Assembly: GCA_023205875.1 (NCBI GenBank)
Contig: CP060754.1
Coordinates: 806,001-870,000 of the forward strand
Direction of reading: 5' to 3'
Source of the DNA: Chloropicon primus
Lineage: Eukaryota
Length of the DNA stretch: 64,000 nucleotides
This document shows positions 9,116 through 19,021 of this stretch, in pieces (the first letter of the stretch is position 1; each line of letters begins with the position of its first letter). The notes under the pieces are model-generated. The model was not told the DNA's origin and ran no database searches. It saw nothing but the letters and a program-made list of their open reading frames with translations. Made by a program: the position numbers and the translations under genes.

Positions 9116-12100
9116 ATGGAGGAACGAAAGGAAACTTTGCCTTGGTCTAAGTGGAGGATGGACAAGGGGAAGAGGAAGGTGAGCTTCTCCTCCCTTGACG
9201 GACCCACCGATTGGAGGGGGGGGGGGGACTCGGGGGCGAGCACCTCGGGGCAGCACGAGGAACTCGTGCCGGAACTCGATGGCCGCCCGTTCCTCTCGCT
9301 CGGGGAAGACGCCGCGCGCGAAGGTGACCTGTCTTCGGACTTCAAAGCGCTCTGCGACAGGAACAGCAAACTCGTGTACAAGGAGCTCATCCCCGAGCTC
9401 AGCCGGATTCGGGAGAGCTTGATAAGCGGAAGTAACGAGCTGAGGAGGGCCTTGGGGGCTGACTCGGTCGGTCAGCAGGGCTTCGAGGCCGTCAGGAGCT
9501 TCCCCGTCAAGATCTTGCGGGCGAGACTGGACTCCGAGGGAGTTCTCGACGAGGGGGGGGCTGGCGTGAAGGATGGCACCGAAGGGGTCGGCGCCGTGGC
9601 CACGCAAGCCAAGGAAGAGGGAGGCGAGGTCGATCCCGGTGGTGGGTTTCCAGCTGCAAAGAGTGGCGGCCAGGCTGAGGCCGCTGGGCCGAGGGGCGAC
9701 ACCTTCGCCCGGCTCGCCGAGGCGGCCAGCACGGCAACGACGGTCGAGAGGGACAGGGTCAGAAGGAGGAAGGAGGCGACTCTGGAAAAGAAGGTTCAGG
9801 AAATAAGCGACTACCTCGAGAGGGCGAGGGACGAGAAGCCGCCCCCGACCATGGCCGAAACCTCCAGGTCAGTGGGCGTTCCTCGCGCCGTGAGGGACGT
9901 CCGATTCAAGTCTGATTCGAACCTGAACCTGCGGTCGGACAAGCTGCAATTCATCAGGGGGATGAAGAGCATGCAGTACTCGAAGCTTGTGAGCGCACAG
10001 AGGAGGGTTCGCCCTTTGCAAGACCGGTCAAAAGGCGTGGACAAGGAGTTGCATGCCAACCAAAAGCAGATGTTGATCGACATGAAGTTCCGCAAGCAAA
10101 GGGCGAGGAGTGAGACAAACCCAGCGTTGGGAAGCCAGCAGAGGCAGTGGCTGCCGGGGGATGCCCACGGAGACAGCAAAAACAAATACGCACACTACCA
10201 CTCCACGGTATCTGCAAGAAGGACTCAGCCAGGAAAAAAGCAAAAGGTGGCCTGGGAGGGTAGCCAGTTCAAAGTGACCTTGCTGCAAGAGCTCAGCACC
10301 AAGCTGCGACTGAAAGTGCACTTTGCCTCTTGGAAATGTGCGTACGACACCGCGGTTAGCTTGAGCCTGCTGGTAGCAGCTCGGACAAACAAGGCAAACC
10401 GCGCCACGAAGCGGGTCTTCTTTGAAGAGCTCAAGAAGCTCGTTGTTCAGTTGAGGTCCAAGACCGAACAGGCGGTGCGAGACATCGAGCAGTTCCTGAG
10501 AAAGAGGAATCTTCGGATATGGCTGGAGTACTGCAAGAGGGAGCAGGACCTCCGCGTGAGGTTCGAACATTGCTTCTCGCAGTCCAAGATCAGGCTGAGA
10601 AGGAGGGTGATGCTAGCGTGGATCAGACAGTGTAAAAGAGAGATTTCGCTTAGGAAGAGCTTTCATGCCCTTCAGAAAGCACGCAGGGATATAGTCAGAA
10701 GGAGCGTCCTTTCGAGCTGGATGTCCTACACCAAGAGGGAGTTCGATTTGCACAAAAAGTTCTTGCACCTTTCACTCGTGCACGAGGAGAGGATGAAAAA
10801 GTCGGTCATGATGTATTGGAAGTTCAGGGTCGTGAGGAAGAGCATCAAGGACATCAACGTGGGCTTGGCTTCCGTGTTCTGGAGAATGAGGATGGTGCAC
10901 ATCGTGGTGTCTGGGTGGAAGGGGGTTGTCTTGAGAATGAGAAATCTGAGGAGAGCAGTTTACTCTGACAGAGGTGGGGCCGGTGCAACTGGCGGGGCCG
11001 AGAGCAGCGTGTACATTAAGGAAGACAACAAAAAACTTGCAAGGGTCTTGTCTGAAATGAAAAAGGCGAAGTCTGTCCTGATGCCCAAAGTAAGAGTCCT
11101 GCAAGACATGCAACCCACGCTGTGGGAAAGCACGATCGAAGGGCCAAGCAATGAGGGCGGACGAAGAATTCAAAAGGATTTTGATCTTCAAGAAATATGG
11201 ACTGGGCACACGTTTAGTGATGACGACGACCCTGTATCCGATATCGACGACCAGGAGGAGGGCGCAAGACTACAAGTTGCATGGCGGGAGCACAAATCGC
11301 CAGCTAAAACTGTCAGGGCTTTTGAGATCATCTCAGCTAGTGTCAATCCTGCTCGGAGCCCCAGTCGCATCGAGCGTGCTCCTGCCAAATCTCGAACTAT
11401 GGAAGACATAAGGAGTCAGTACATTGCCGCGATGACAGGCATGATTCCGGTTGAGCAAAGGGGGAGCAAAGTGGAGTTGACCACGTCTGGAACCTCTCCA
11501 GTTCATGGCCCTCGGATGGTCGATGCCACAATCGAGGCAATCGAAGAGGTGGAGAGCCAGGACATGGCGACCATCACCACTGTCACGGCGTCCTCCATGG
11601 TTTCAGCAGGCACGACACCGGTGCGTGGCCCTCGGATGGTCGATGCCACAATCGAGGCAATCGAAGAGGTGGAGAGCCAGGACATGGCGACCATCACCAC
11701 TGTCACGGCGTCCTCCATGGTTTCAGCAGGCACGACACCGGTGCGTGGCCCTCGGATGGTCGATGCCACAATCGAGGCAATCGAAGAGGTGGAAAGCCAG
11801 GACATGGCGACCATCACCACTGTCACGGCGTCCTCCATGGTTTCAGCAGGCACGACACCGGTGCGTGGCCCTCGGATGGTCGATGCCACAATCGAGGCAA
11901 TCGAAGAGGTGGAAAGCCAGGACATGGCGACCATCACCACTGTCACGGCGTCCTCCATGGTTTCAGCAGGCACGACACCGGTGCGTGGCCCTCGGATGGT
12001 CGATGCCACAATCGAGGCAATCGAAGAGGTGGAGAGCCGGGATGCAGCAACAACGACTGAGGAGACCACAGCTTTGGTAGCGACAGCCAAACAAGCTGAG

Positions 12101-14110
12101 CCAGAGATGGTTTCAGCGGGAACAACACCAGTGAAGGCACTCTTCCCAACAATTCAGGGATATAAGCCTCTGTGCTCCGATGAAGACGTCGTTGAATCTG
12201 GTGATCAATCACGGGCAACTGTAACGGAAGAAAACGAGAATGTCTCCAAAAGATTGGTGGAAGAATTTGGTACGGATGGTGGCCTCGCAACAGAAGCCAT
12301 CGAAGGAGGAGGAGTGTCGATTGTCGTGATGCCTCCCGTGAATGTCGTTGGGGGCGCCAGCAGTGATCCCACCAGCGCCATCCACCCACCCATTCAGAGC
12401 CTGAAAGAATTGGCGGAAGAATTTTATCACAGGAATCTCTCCAGAAGAATCTTGCGAGCAGTCAAGGTGCAGATCGCAAGGTCCAAGCACATAGGATCTT
12501 TGGCAGAGGAAAGCTACAAGTGGCACGTCAACCGGTATTATCTGAACATTTGGTATCACAACACGGTGGTGGTAGGAAGGATTGCGGGAAAGAGGGGAGC
12601 CCAAGTCATCTTATTGCGACACCTTCGCGCGTGGGAGAGGTTTGCGGCGGCAAGCAAGAGCCTCAAGGACAGGTCAAAGTCGGTGGAAAGGGCCCACAAG
12701 GTCCATCGCATGCTGAGCGCATTTAAGCACATGAGGAGGGCCCATTCCCAATCGAGGTTGCTCAAGGCAAAGCTTGCCGAATACAGGGAAAAGGGTTGCA
12801 CGCGATGCTGCCAGAAGGTTCTTCACATTTGGAGGCTGTGGTCCAACCTCCACATCACTCGAAGAGTCGCAGTACTGAGGGTGATTTACCGGATGAGGCT
12901 ACGGGTCAAGAGACAATGCTTGATGGCGTGGTGGCAGGTCCAGCAGTCCAGCAAGCTGTTGAAGAGGGTATTGGTGCAGACGAGCAAAATGTACGAAACG
13001 GACGACGGCGTTGAGAGCACTCTGGAAAACACGTTTTCCCTCTTGATGCGTGTGCTCTATGCGTGGAAGCGCCTAATTTTCGTGAAGAAGGGGTCAATGA
13101 AAGCGAATACGGCAGCCTCGATGTTGCAAAAGTCTCTCGGTGCTCTTTTGCAGCCAAAAATCTCGCAGCATCAGCAGGAGCAACAGCTACAGCTACAGCA
13201 AATGGATGGAGAGACAAAGAAGAAGGTCGAAAGGGAAAGGTTGAGAGGCTCTTGCCACAAAATGTTTCTTCTGTGGTATCTCCTTTCGAGGAGCCTGAGC
13301 GAAGACTCCTCCCTCGTGAGGTCCAGGCTGCAGAGCGAAACCAGATTTCGCACAGAGTTTCAGTACCGCAGGAACAAGCTCATTTCAAGATCGATGGGGC
13401 GCTGGAAGTCCGCACTCGTGGCCAAAGAAAATGCAGCACGGATGCACTACATCATCAGCCTGTGCCGGAGGTGCCTGACGGCCTGGCAAGACCTTCTTCT
13501 GCGATTGAGACAAAAAGAACACTTAGCTTTCGAGATGTGCGAGAGGAGGTTGATGCGATTCACCTTTTGGAACTGGAACGTGAGTGCGAGGGAGAAAATC
13601 ATGCAAAAAGTGCTGAGGCTTCGTCTAACCTTTGAGCACTGGAAAGGCAAGGTCTTGCGCAATGCCATGACCCAGTCGAGTCCTCTTGGGTCCGCGAGCT
13701 CCGCGAGAGACGAAGTCGAGAAGGGCGTGGTGATGGATGCAGATGTCGATGTCTCCGAAGCAAGGAAGACCGGTCCAGAAGGTCCAGAAGGTGTCGCCGG
13801 GAGGCGGCGCCTGGTTGTGACCCGCGAGTCCTACAAAGTGCGTCCCGTGGTGAGCGAGACTCCGCAGCCTCAAGTGGCCTACCAGCACGACGGGGGCGCG
13901 GCGCATTCCCTGAGTGAGAGGCCCTCCCTCGGCTCGGAATTCAAGCACTTCTCGCAGTACATCAGCAGCATATCCACCAAGCACGTTTCTGATGACACCG
14001 TCAAACAACTTGAAGAGTTAAGATGCCAATGGAAGCTCGATCAGCTCCTGCAAGTGAGGTCTTACGTGCTTGGTGCTCGCCTTGCAGAATCGGAGTTCTT
14101 TGATGCCTAG
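9116..14110 (+). CDS. Large SFI1-like (centrin-binding repeat) coiled-coil protein with internal 40-aa tandem repeat
   Basis: ~1664-aa ORF with two blocks of Trp-periodic basic helical repeats (RRVMLAWIRQ, RRSVLSSWMSY, KRQCLMAWWQ, RRCLTAWQD) resembling SFI1 repeats. Confidence 0.6.
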   Translation: MEERKETLPWSKWRMDKGKRKVSFSSLDGPTDWRGGGDSGASTSGQHEELVPELDGRPFLSLGEDAAREGDLSSDFKALCDRNSKLVYKELIPELSRIRESLISGSNELRRALGADSVGQQGFEAVRSFPVKILRARLDSEGVLDEGGAGVKDGTEGVGAVATQAKEEGGEVDPGGGFPAAKSGGQAEAAGPRGDTFARLAEAASTATTVERDRVRRRKEATLEKKVQEISDYLERARDEKPPPTMAETSRSVGVPRAVRDVRFKSDSNLNLRSDKLQFIRGMKSMQYSKLVSAQRRVRPLQDRSKGVDKELHANQKQMLIDMKFRKQRARSETNPALGSQQRQWLPGDAHGDSKNKYAHYHSTVSARRTQPGKKQKVAWEGSQFKVTLLQELSTKLRLKVHFASWKCAYDTAVSLSLLVAARTNKANRATKRVFFEELKKLVVQLRSKTEQAVRDIEQFLRKRNLRIWLEYCKREQDLRVRFEHCFSQSKIRLRRRVMLAWIRQCKREISLRKSFHALQKARRDIVRRSVLSSWMSYTKREFDLHKKFLHLSLVHEERMKKSVMMYWKFRVVRKSIKDINVGLASVFWRMRMVHIVVSGWKGVVLRMRNLRRAVYSDRGGAGATGGAESSVYIKEDNKKLARVLSEMKKAKSVLMPKVRVLQDMQPTLWESTIEGPSNEGGRRIQKDFDLQEIWTGHTFSDDDDPVSDIDDQEEGARLQVAWREHKSPAKTVRAFEIISASVNPARSPSRIERAPAKSRTMEDIRSQYIAAMTGMIPVEQRGSKVELTTSGTSPVHGPRMVDATIEAIEEVESQDMATITTVTASSMVSAGTTPVRGPRMVDATIEAIEEVESQDMATITTVTASSMVSAGTTPVRGPRMVDATIEAIEEVESQDMATITTVTASSMVSAGTTPVRGPRMVDATIEAIEEVESQDMATITTVTASSMVSAGTTPVRGPRMVDATIEAIEEVESRDAATTTEETTALVATAKQAEPEMVSAGTTPVKALFPTIQGYKPLCSDEDVVESGDQSRATVTEENENVSKRLVEEFGTDGGLATEAIEGGGVSIVVMPPVNVVGGASSDPTSAIHPPIQSLKELAEEFYHRNLSRRILRAVKVQIARSKHIGSLAEESYKWHVNRYYLNIWYHNTVVVGRIAGKRGAQVILLRHLRAWERFAAASKSLKDRSKSVERAHKVHRMLSAFKHMRRAHSQSRLLKAKLAEYREKGCTRCCQKVLHIWRLWSNLHITRRVAVLRVIYRMRLRVKRQCLMAWWQVQQSSKLLKRVLVQTSKMYETDDGVESTLENTFSLLMRVLYAWKRLIFVKKGSMKANTAASMLQKSLGALLQPKISQHQQEQQLQLQQMDGETKKKVERERLRGSCHKMFLLWYLLSRSLSEDSSLVRSRLQSETRFRTEFQYRRNKLISRSMGRWKSALVAKENAARMHYIISLCRRCLTAWQDLLLRLRQKEHLAFEMCERRLMRFTFWNWNVSAREKIMQKVLRLRLTFEHWKGKVLRNAMTQSSPLGSASSARDEVEKGVVMDADVDVSEARKTGPEGPEGVAGRRRLVVTRESYKVRPVVSETPQPQVAYQHDGGAAHSLSERPSLGSEFKHFSQYISSISTKHVSDDTVKQLEELRCQWKLDQLLQVRSYVLGARLAESEFFDA
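11506..12038 (+). repeat. Coding tandem repeat, 120-bp unit, ~4.4 near-identical copies
   Basis: Sequence recurs every 120 nt; the only difference seen among copies is a synonymous GAG/GAA (G at 11554, 11674, 12034; A at 11794, 11914). Confidence 0.97.
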
Positions 14111-14146
14111 AAAAAGGAATATAATATTCACCATCCCTCTTGTAAA

Positions 14147-15439
14147 TTACACAAAGCTCTGTACAGCCTTCGTCATCACTTCGGAGAGCTTATCCGCCCT
14201 GATGTTGCACAGGAGGTCCGTCTTGCCCTCGTCCGGGGCACCGATGCGGAAACAGAGCGACAACCCACTGAGCGAGTAACACGTGTGATAGTAATCGGGG
14301 TTCGTTCCTGGCTTGTCCCTCAAGCCCCCGTCGTCCAACTGGCAACACAGCAAGACCCAGTCTTGAAGCGCCTCCGAGTGAAAGGCTTCGCACGAGTCGG
14401 CCCCAAATTTTTGGTTGTAGCAGTCACTGACCAGGCACACCAGGGAACCCTGCCAGAAGGAGTAGCAAGAGTCCACCAACTTGTTCGTCCTGCCGTTGAA
14501 CCCCCCCTCGATCGGCTGCTGGCGGTTCGAGACCCACTCCAGAAGCTGGTAGAGGTCCACCTCGTCCTCTTTCCCCACGAGCGAGAGCGCAGCAAAGGCG
14601 CAGTAGGAATAACCGCCGTGAGCCTCGTTCCCCGGCTCGCCCCCGAACCCTCCCTCGTAGCTCTGGCACCTCCTGATGTACTCCACCATGCCTTCGACAT
14701 CCAAAAAGTCGGTGTCCAGGCCCAGCATCCGACAAACCGCCATGGCCAAGTAGCACGCGCGCATGTCGACCTCCCCGCCGTTGTGGACCGTGAACGCCCC
14801 CTTCTGATCCCCTTGCCGCACCTGCATCTTCCTGAAAAACTCCTTGGTCGCGGCCTTGTCCACCTGCTCCAGAGCTCCCTTGCCCCCCACGATGACGAGG
14901 GCAGCCACGGCCGCGTAGGTCGTCGCGATGTGAGACAGCTGCTGCGGGCCTCCCCCGTAGCCCCCCGAGGGGTTCTGGCAGCTCCCGAGGAAGTCCAGGC
15001 AAGCCCGTTTGTTTGGCGCACGCTCAAGGGCGGACCTGAGCTGCTCAGAGACTTCCTCGTGGTAGGGGTACCACGCCGCCGGAACGAGCTTCTCCCCCCC
15101 TGTGTCCCCCCGCTCGTACTCAAAGCCCAGGAGGGACAGGCCGTGCACGACCCAGTACAGCAGCCAGGGCCTCGACGCGTCCAGCGAGGCGAAGCCCGGG
15201 CTGAGCTGCTTCAGCCCCGAGAGCATGAACCTGACGTGGGCCTCCACCCGCTCCCTCGAGAAGCAGGACGCCACGAAGCATCTCGACGTCGAAGCCTTCT
15301 TCGTCCCCTCCACGGATACGGATACGGATACGGATCCCTCCTCCTCCTCCTCCTCCCTCCTCCTCCTCTTCCCCCTCTCGAGAAGCCCCACCACCTTCCG
15401 CCTCAGCGCCAAGGTCTCCCTCTCGCTCGTCGTCGCCAT
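14147..15439 (-). CDS. FNTB: Protein farnesyltransferase beta subunit
   Basis: LDASRPWLLYW, GGYGGGPQQLSHIATTYAA, GEVDMRACY, EAHGGYSYC, GRTNKLVDSCYSFW, LRDKPG..PDYYHTCYSLSGLS. Confidence 0.95.
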   Translation of the reverse strand: MATTSERETLALRRKVVGLLERGKRRRREEEEEEGSVSVSVSVEGTKKASTSRCFVASCFSRERVEAHVRFMLSGLKQLSPGFASLDASRPWLLYWVVHGLSLLGFEYERGDTGGEKLVPAAWYPYHEEVSEQLRSALERAPNKRACLDFLGSCQNPSGGYGGGPQQLSHIATTYAAVAALVIVGGKGALEQVDKAATKEFFRKMQVRQGDQKGAFTVHNGGEVDMRACYLAMAVCRMLGLDTDFLDVEGMVEYIRRCQSYEGGFGGEPGNEAHGGYSYCAFAALSLVGKEDEVDLYQLLEWVSNRQQPIEGGFNGRTNKLVDSCYSFWQGSLVCLVSDCYNQKFGADSCEAFHSEALQDWVLLCCQLDDGGLRDKPGTNPDYYHTCYSLSGLSLCFRIGAPDEGKTDLLCNIRADKLSEVMTKAVQSFV

Positions 15440-15496
15440 CACCGAAAACGCAAAAACGCAAAGAAAAAAAAAGGATCAAACCCGATCTCGATCGAT

Positions 15497-15541
15497 CAGA
15501 CACAGAGACAGACACAGAGACAGACACAGAGACAGAGACAG
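15497..15541. repeat. Simple repeat (CAGACACAGAGA)n in the FNTB/bystin divergent spacer
   Basis: Directly visible. Confidence 0.75.
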
Positions 15542-15700
15542 TCGTCTCACCTCCCCCCCTCCCCAACGCCCCCTCCCTCTGTCGTTTTTACTTTTTCTTC
15601 TCTGGGAAATCGAGGCCGGCTGGACAGAGAGAGAGGAGAGGAGCCGCCAGGGGACCCTGAGCGAGAGGAAGAGGAAGAGGGAGAGAGGGAGAGAGAGAGG

Positions 15701-17134
15701 ATGGGGAAGAAGGGAGGGAAGAGGACGGCGAGCAATCGCCATGAGTTCGACCTGGCGGAGCAGATGAATCCGTCGGATGACACGCTGTCGAAGATATCGG
15801 AGAGGCGGAAGAGGTCGCGCGGGAAGAGGGGTCTGGGGGACTCGGACGAGGAGGAGCTGCCGCAGGACGCGGACGCCAACTTCGAGCAGGCGATGGGGGA
15901 GAAGATCCTGAAGGAGGCGAAGCTGCAGAGGCTCGAGATGGAGAGGGAGGCCGAGGAGAGGTCGGGGGTCAGCCGCAAGGGGTCCTCGTCCTACTCGGTC
16001 AAGACCGCCATAACGAACGCTGCGAAGAAGTCTGCGAAGGACGACTCGGACAGCGACGAGGAGGAGGCGAGGGACGGGTACGTGGAGGACTACGAGTACG
16101 AGGTTTCGGCGGAGGACGAGAGGATTCTGCAGACTTTCCTGGACCCGAACGCGGAGAGCAAGAGCGCGAAGACGCTGTCGGACATCATCGCGGAGAAGCT
16201 CAGGGAGAGGGAGCACGTGCAGGAGGACTTCGACTTCCGGGCCAACTCGCAGGCCACGGCGGCGGCCACGGGCCTGAGCGAGAAGGCGGTCGAGGTGTAC
16301 AAGCAGGTCGGGAGCTTCCTCTCGAGGTACAAGAGCGGGTCCGTCCCCAAGGCCTTCAAGATCATCCCGAACCTGTCGAACTGGGAGGAGATCCTGTACA
16401 TCACGGACTACGACAGCTGGTCGGTGCAGGCCATGTACCAGGCGACCAGGCTCTTCGCGTCCAACTTGAACGCGAAGATGGCCCAGAGGTTCTTCAGCCT
16501 GGTGCTCCTGCCGAGGGTCCGCATGGAGATCAAGTTCAACAGGAAGCTTCACTTTGCTCTCTTCCAAGCCTTGAAGAAGGCCGCTTACAAGCCCGGGGCT
16601 TTCTTCAAGGGCCTCCTGCTCCCCCTGTGCCAGTCCGGCACCTGCACCGTTCTGGAGGCCGTCATCTTCAGCGCCGTGATCAACAGAATCTCCATCCCCG
16701 TCCTCCACTCCAGCGCGGCCCTTCTTCGGTTGGCGGAGATGAGGTACACAGGAATCAACAGCTTCTTCATCAAGATCTTGCTGGAGAAGAAGTACGCTTT
16801 GCCTTTCAGGGTGATCGACACCCTCGTCGACAGCTTCGTGGCCTTCGAGAGGGAGGAGAGAGAGCTCCCCGTGATTTGGCACCAGTCCTTTTTGACGTTT
16901 ATCCAGAGGTACAAGCATGCCATCACCAAGGAGGACAAGGCGAGGCTGAGGAAGCTTGCCGTGAAGAAGGGGCACTACCTCGTCGGCCCGGAGATTCTCA
17001 GGGAGATCGACCACGGCCACTCCCGGGGCGAGAAGCCGAAGGACGACCCGCAGGACAAGGGGGCCTTCACCTCCATGAAAATTGTGGAGGACGTCAAGGA
17101 CTTTCCCCCCGTGCTCCTCATGGACGAGGACTAG
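15701..17134 (+). CDS. BYSL: Bystin / Enp1 (pre-40S assembly factor)
   Basis: LSRYKSGSVPKAFKIIP, AMYQATRLFASN, YKPGAFFKG, SIPVLHSSAALL, KKYALPFRVID, LPVIWHQSFLTFIQRYK. Confidence 0.95.
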   Translation: MGKKGGKRTASNRHEFDLAEQMNPSDDTLSKISERRKRSRGKRGLGDSDEEELPQDADANFEQAMGEKILKEAKLQRLEMEREAEERSGVSRKGSSSYSVKTAITNAAKKSAKDDSDSDEEEARDGYVEDYEYEVSAEDERILQTFLDPNAESKSAKTLSDIIAEKLREREHVQEDFDFRANSQATAAATGLSEKAVEVYKQVGSFLSRYKSGSVPKAFKIIPNLSNWEEILYITDYDSWSVQAMYQATRLFASNLNAKMAQRFFSLVLLPRVRMEIKFNRKLHFALFQALKKAAYKPGAFFKGLLLPLCQSGTCTVLEAVIFSAVINRISIPVLHSSAALLRLAEMRYTGINSFFIKILLEKKYALPFRVIDTLVDSFVAFEREERELPVIWHQSFLTFIQRYKHAITKEDKARLRKLAVKKGHYLVGPEILREIDHGHSRGEKPKDDPQDKGAFTSMKIVEDVKDFPPVLLMDED

Positions 17135-17177
17135 AAGGAGAACTTGTGTGTGTGTGTGTGGGTGTGTAATCGATTCA

Positions 17178-17990
17178 TTATAACGTCTCAGTGATCTCCG
17201 AGCCAGCGACGCTGTTGTACTTTTGCTTGCCCCCGGAAACTCGCGAGCGGCTCACGCTCACTCGAACCCCCTCACCCCTCGCAAGGACCCCATAGCCTTT
17301 GCAGCCCGTGATGTCCGTGTCCACGATGTGCACCACTCCCCCCACCGCACCTGTCTCGATATCGTCGTACGCGGCCACCCCGTGCTCTTTGCAGTCTCGT
17401 ATCACGCAACGCTGGATCGAGCACGCCGAGGCACCCTCGATTCCGATTCCGGTTCCCGTCGCGGACGTCACCATCGTGTCGTTCAACGTTAGGCTGGCCC
17501 CGCAGTCGACCTCGATTGCAAAGTTGGACGCGACGCTCGGGGATCCGTGCCTCACCCCGAGGCACCCTCGACCCTCGACCTTGCACGTGCCACCAGGGAG
17601 AACGCGTATCACCGGCTCGTAAGGGACGCTGGTCACGTGCTCCAGCCAGCAGGTGGGGGACGTCGACCCAGCCGCTTCGCGGGGTGCCTCGATGACCAGG
17701 GTCTCCCCCCGTTCGACCACGATCTGACCCTTGTACACGCACCCCGGCTCCAGCGCCATCGTCGCCGATCCAGGCTCTCCCGATCCGCCCGTCCTCTCGT
17801 CGGTGTGATGCACTCCCTCCTCCTCCTGGGCGGCCCTGGCTTGGCACTCGCCCGGCGGTGCGTGTACAAGGACCGTGGTCCCAAGAGCGACGAGCGCCTC
17901 CCTCCGCCTCGCATGAGTCCGCGTCGTCCTCGTCCTCGCCAAGGCCGGGAGCCTCGTCCCCCCCCAAGGCACCTGGACACCCCCCTTCAT
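17178..17990 (-). CDS. Right-handed beta-helix (pectin-lyase fold) protein with possible thylakoid Tat signal
   Basis: Repeats such as LNDTMVTSATGTGIGIEG, IQRCVIRDCKEHGVAAY, IVDTDITGCKGYGVLA; N-terminus has RRREAL, a hydrophobic stretch and ARA. Confidence 0.65.
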   Translation of the reverse strand: MKGGVQVPWGGTRLPALARTRTTRTHARRREALVALGTTVLVHAPPGECQARAAQEEEGVHHTDERTGGSGEPGSATMALEPGCVYKGQIVVERGETLVIEAPREAAGSTSPTCWLEHVTSVPYEPVIRVLPGGTCKVEGRGCLGVRHGSPSVASNFAIEVDCGASLTLNDTMVTSATGTGIGIEGASACSIQRCVIRDCKEHGVAAYDDIETGAVGGVVHIVDTDITGCKGYGVLARGEGVRVSVSRSRVSGGKQKYNSVAGSEITETL

Positions 17991-18208
17991 GGATGCGTTA
18001 AGCCTTCGCTGTCCACAAGCTCTTGCGCGCGAGCGAGAGGGGAACGAGGAGGAGGAGGAGGGGGCGAGGCTTTGATGGGAGGGATCGCTGCGGGGAGGGC
18101 AAGGGGCGAGGGGAGGAGCCTCTGGCGGGATTCGGGAAGGAGCAGCACCAAGCACCAGCGGTTGGAAAAAGTAATTTGCAATGAAAGTTCAACGTTCAAA
18201 AACAGTTA

Positions 18209-19021
18209 TCACTTATGATGGAGGTGCTTGGCGAACCATCCCAATGTGAGGTTGACGCCGCGCTGAACTCCGATCATACTGGTGAGGTTCTCGCGCCCGC
18301 CGCTGTCGAACCAGCTCTTGCCCAAGAACCCGGCGCCGCGCGTCATCCACCCGTGCGACTGGTCATGAAAGTACTCCATCTCACTTGCAATTCCGTTGGC
18401 CTTGAAGATGGCCGCAAGCTCGCCGTTGCGGTAGAGCTCTGGCTCCTGCGGCGAGGGCAAGATGAGGGTGGGGCTCCTCACGCGCTGGGCGAGCTCGTGC
18501 TCGGTCTCGCCCTCGTAGAGCTCCCTGCCCACCTGGCAGCTCGGGTGGCACCACACGCCCGCCTGCACGCGCTTCGGGTCCTGGCACGCCTTGGCGACCG
18601 CCCACGCGCCCCAGCAAAAGCCGATGCTGCCTGTGCTCGTGACGCCCTTGCCGTCGAGGTGCGCGTAGACGCGCTCGAGGATCGCGCTGCACCAGGCCCA
18701 ATTGAACCGCTTCAACCACTCCTTGCCCTCGTCCGCCGCACCATTCTTGTAGTAAGGCTCGATGCTCCCCCCTTGGTAAAAATCAGGACACACGACGTAG
18801 TGGCCGCCCGCGGCGAGCGCGTCGCACAGCGCTCTGTGGTGCCCGCCGTCGAGGCCAAAGACGTCGTGCATGACGACGATGGCGGTCTTCCAGCGCGGGT
18901 CGCCAGTAGCGTAACAACGACATCCTCCCCCGAGGTCGATGGTTTCCCCCGCGGGAGTGAAGGACGTACCCTTTTCGGCGTAACTCGCCGGGAGGGCGCC
19001 CGTAGGGCAGCAGCTCGACAT
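18209..19021 (-). CDS. Dienelactone hydrolase family protein (alpha/beta hydrolase)
   Basis: MSSCC start, HDVFG, VVCPDFY, nucleophile motif GFCWG, HPS, catalytic His in HGWMTRG. Confidence 0.9.
   Translation of the reverse strand: MSSCCPTGALPASYAEKGTSFTPAGETIDLGGGCRCYATGDPRWKTAIVVMHDVFGLDGGHHRALCDALAAGGHYVVCPDFYQGGSIEPYYKNGAADEGKEWLKRFNWAWCSAILERVYAHLDGKGVTSTGSIGFCWGAWAVAKACQDPKRVQAGVWCHPSCQVGRELYEGETEHELAQRVRSPTLILPSPQEPELYRNGELAAIFKANGIASEMEYFHDQSHGWMTRGAGFLGKSWFDSGGRENLTSMIGVQRGVNLTLGWFAKHLHHK

Noticed and set aside
11506..12038. Possible CRISPR array or mobile-element repeat
   Set aside because: Contiguous 120-bp units without unique spacers, in frame within a eukaryotic CDS; no cas or transposase genes.
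14285..15700. Apparent N-terminal half of a 949-aa bystin ORF
   Set aside because: Antisense to FNTB plus promoter repeats; bystin starts plausibly at ATG 15701.
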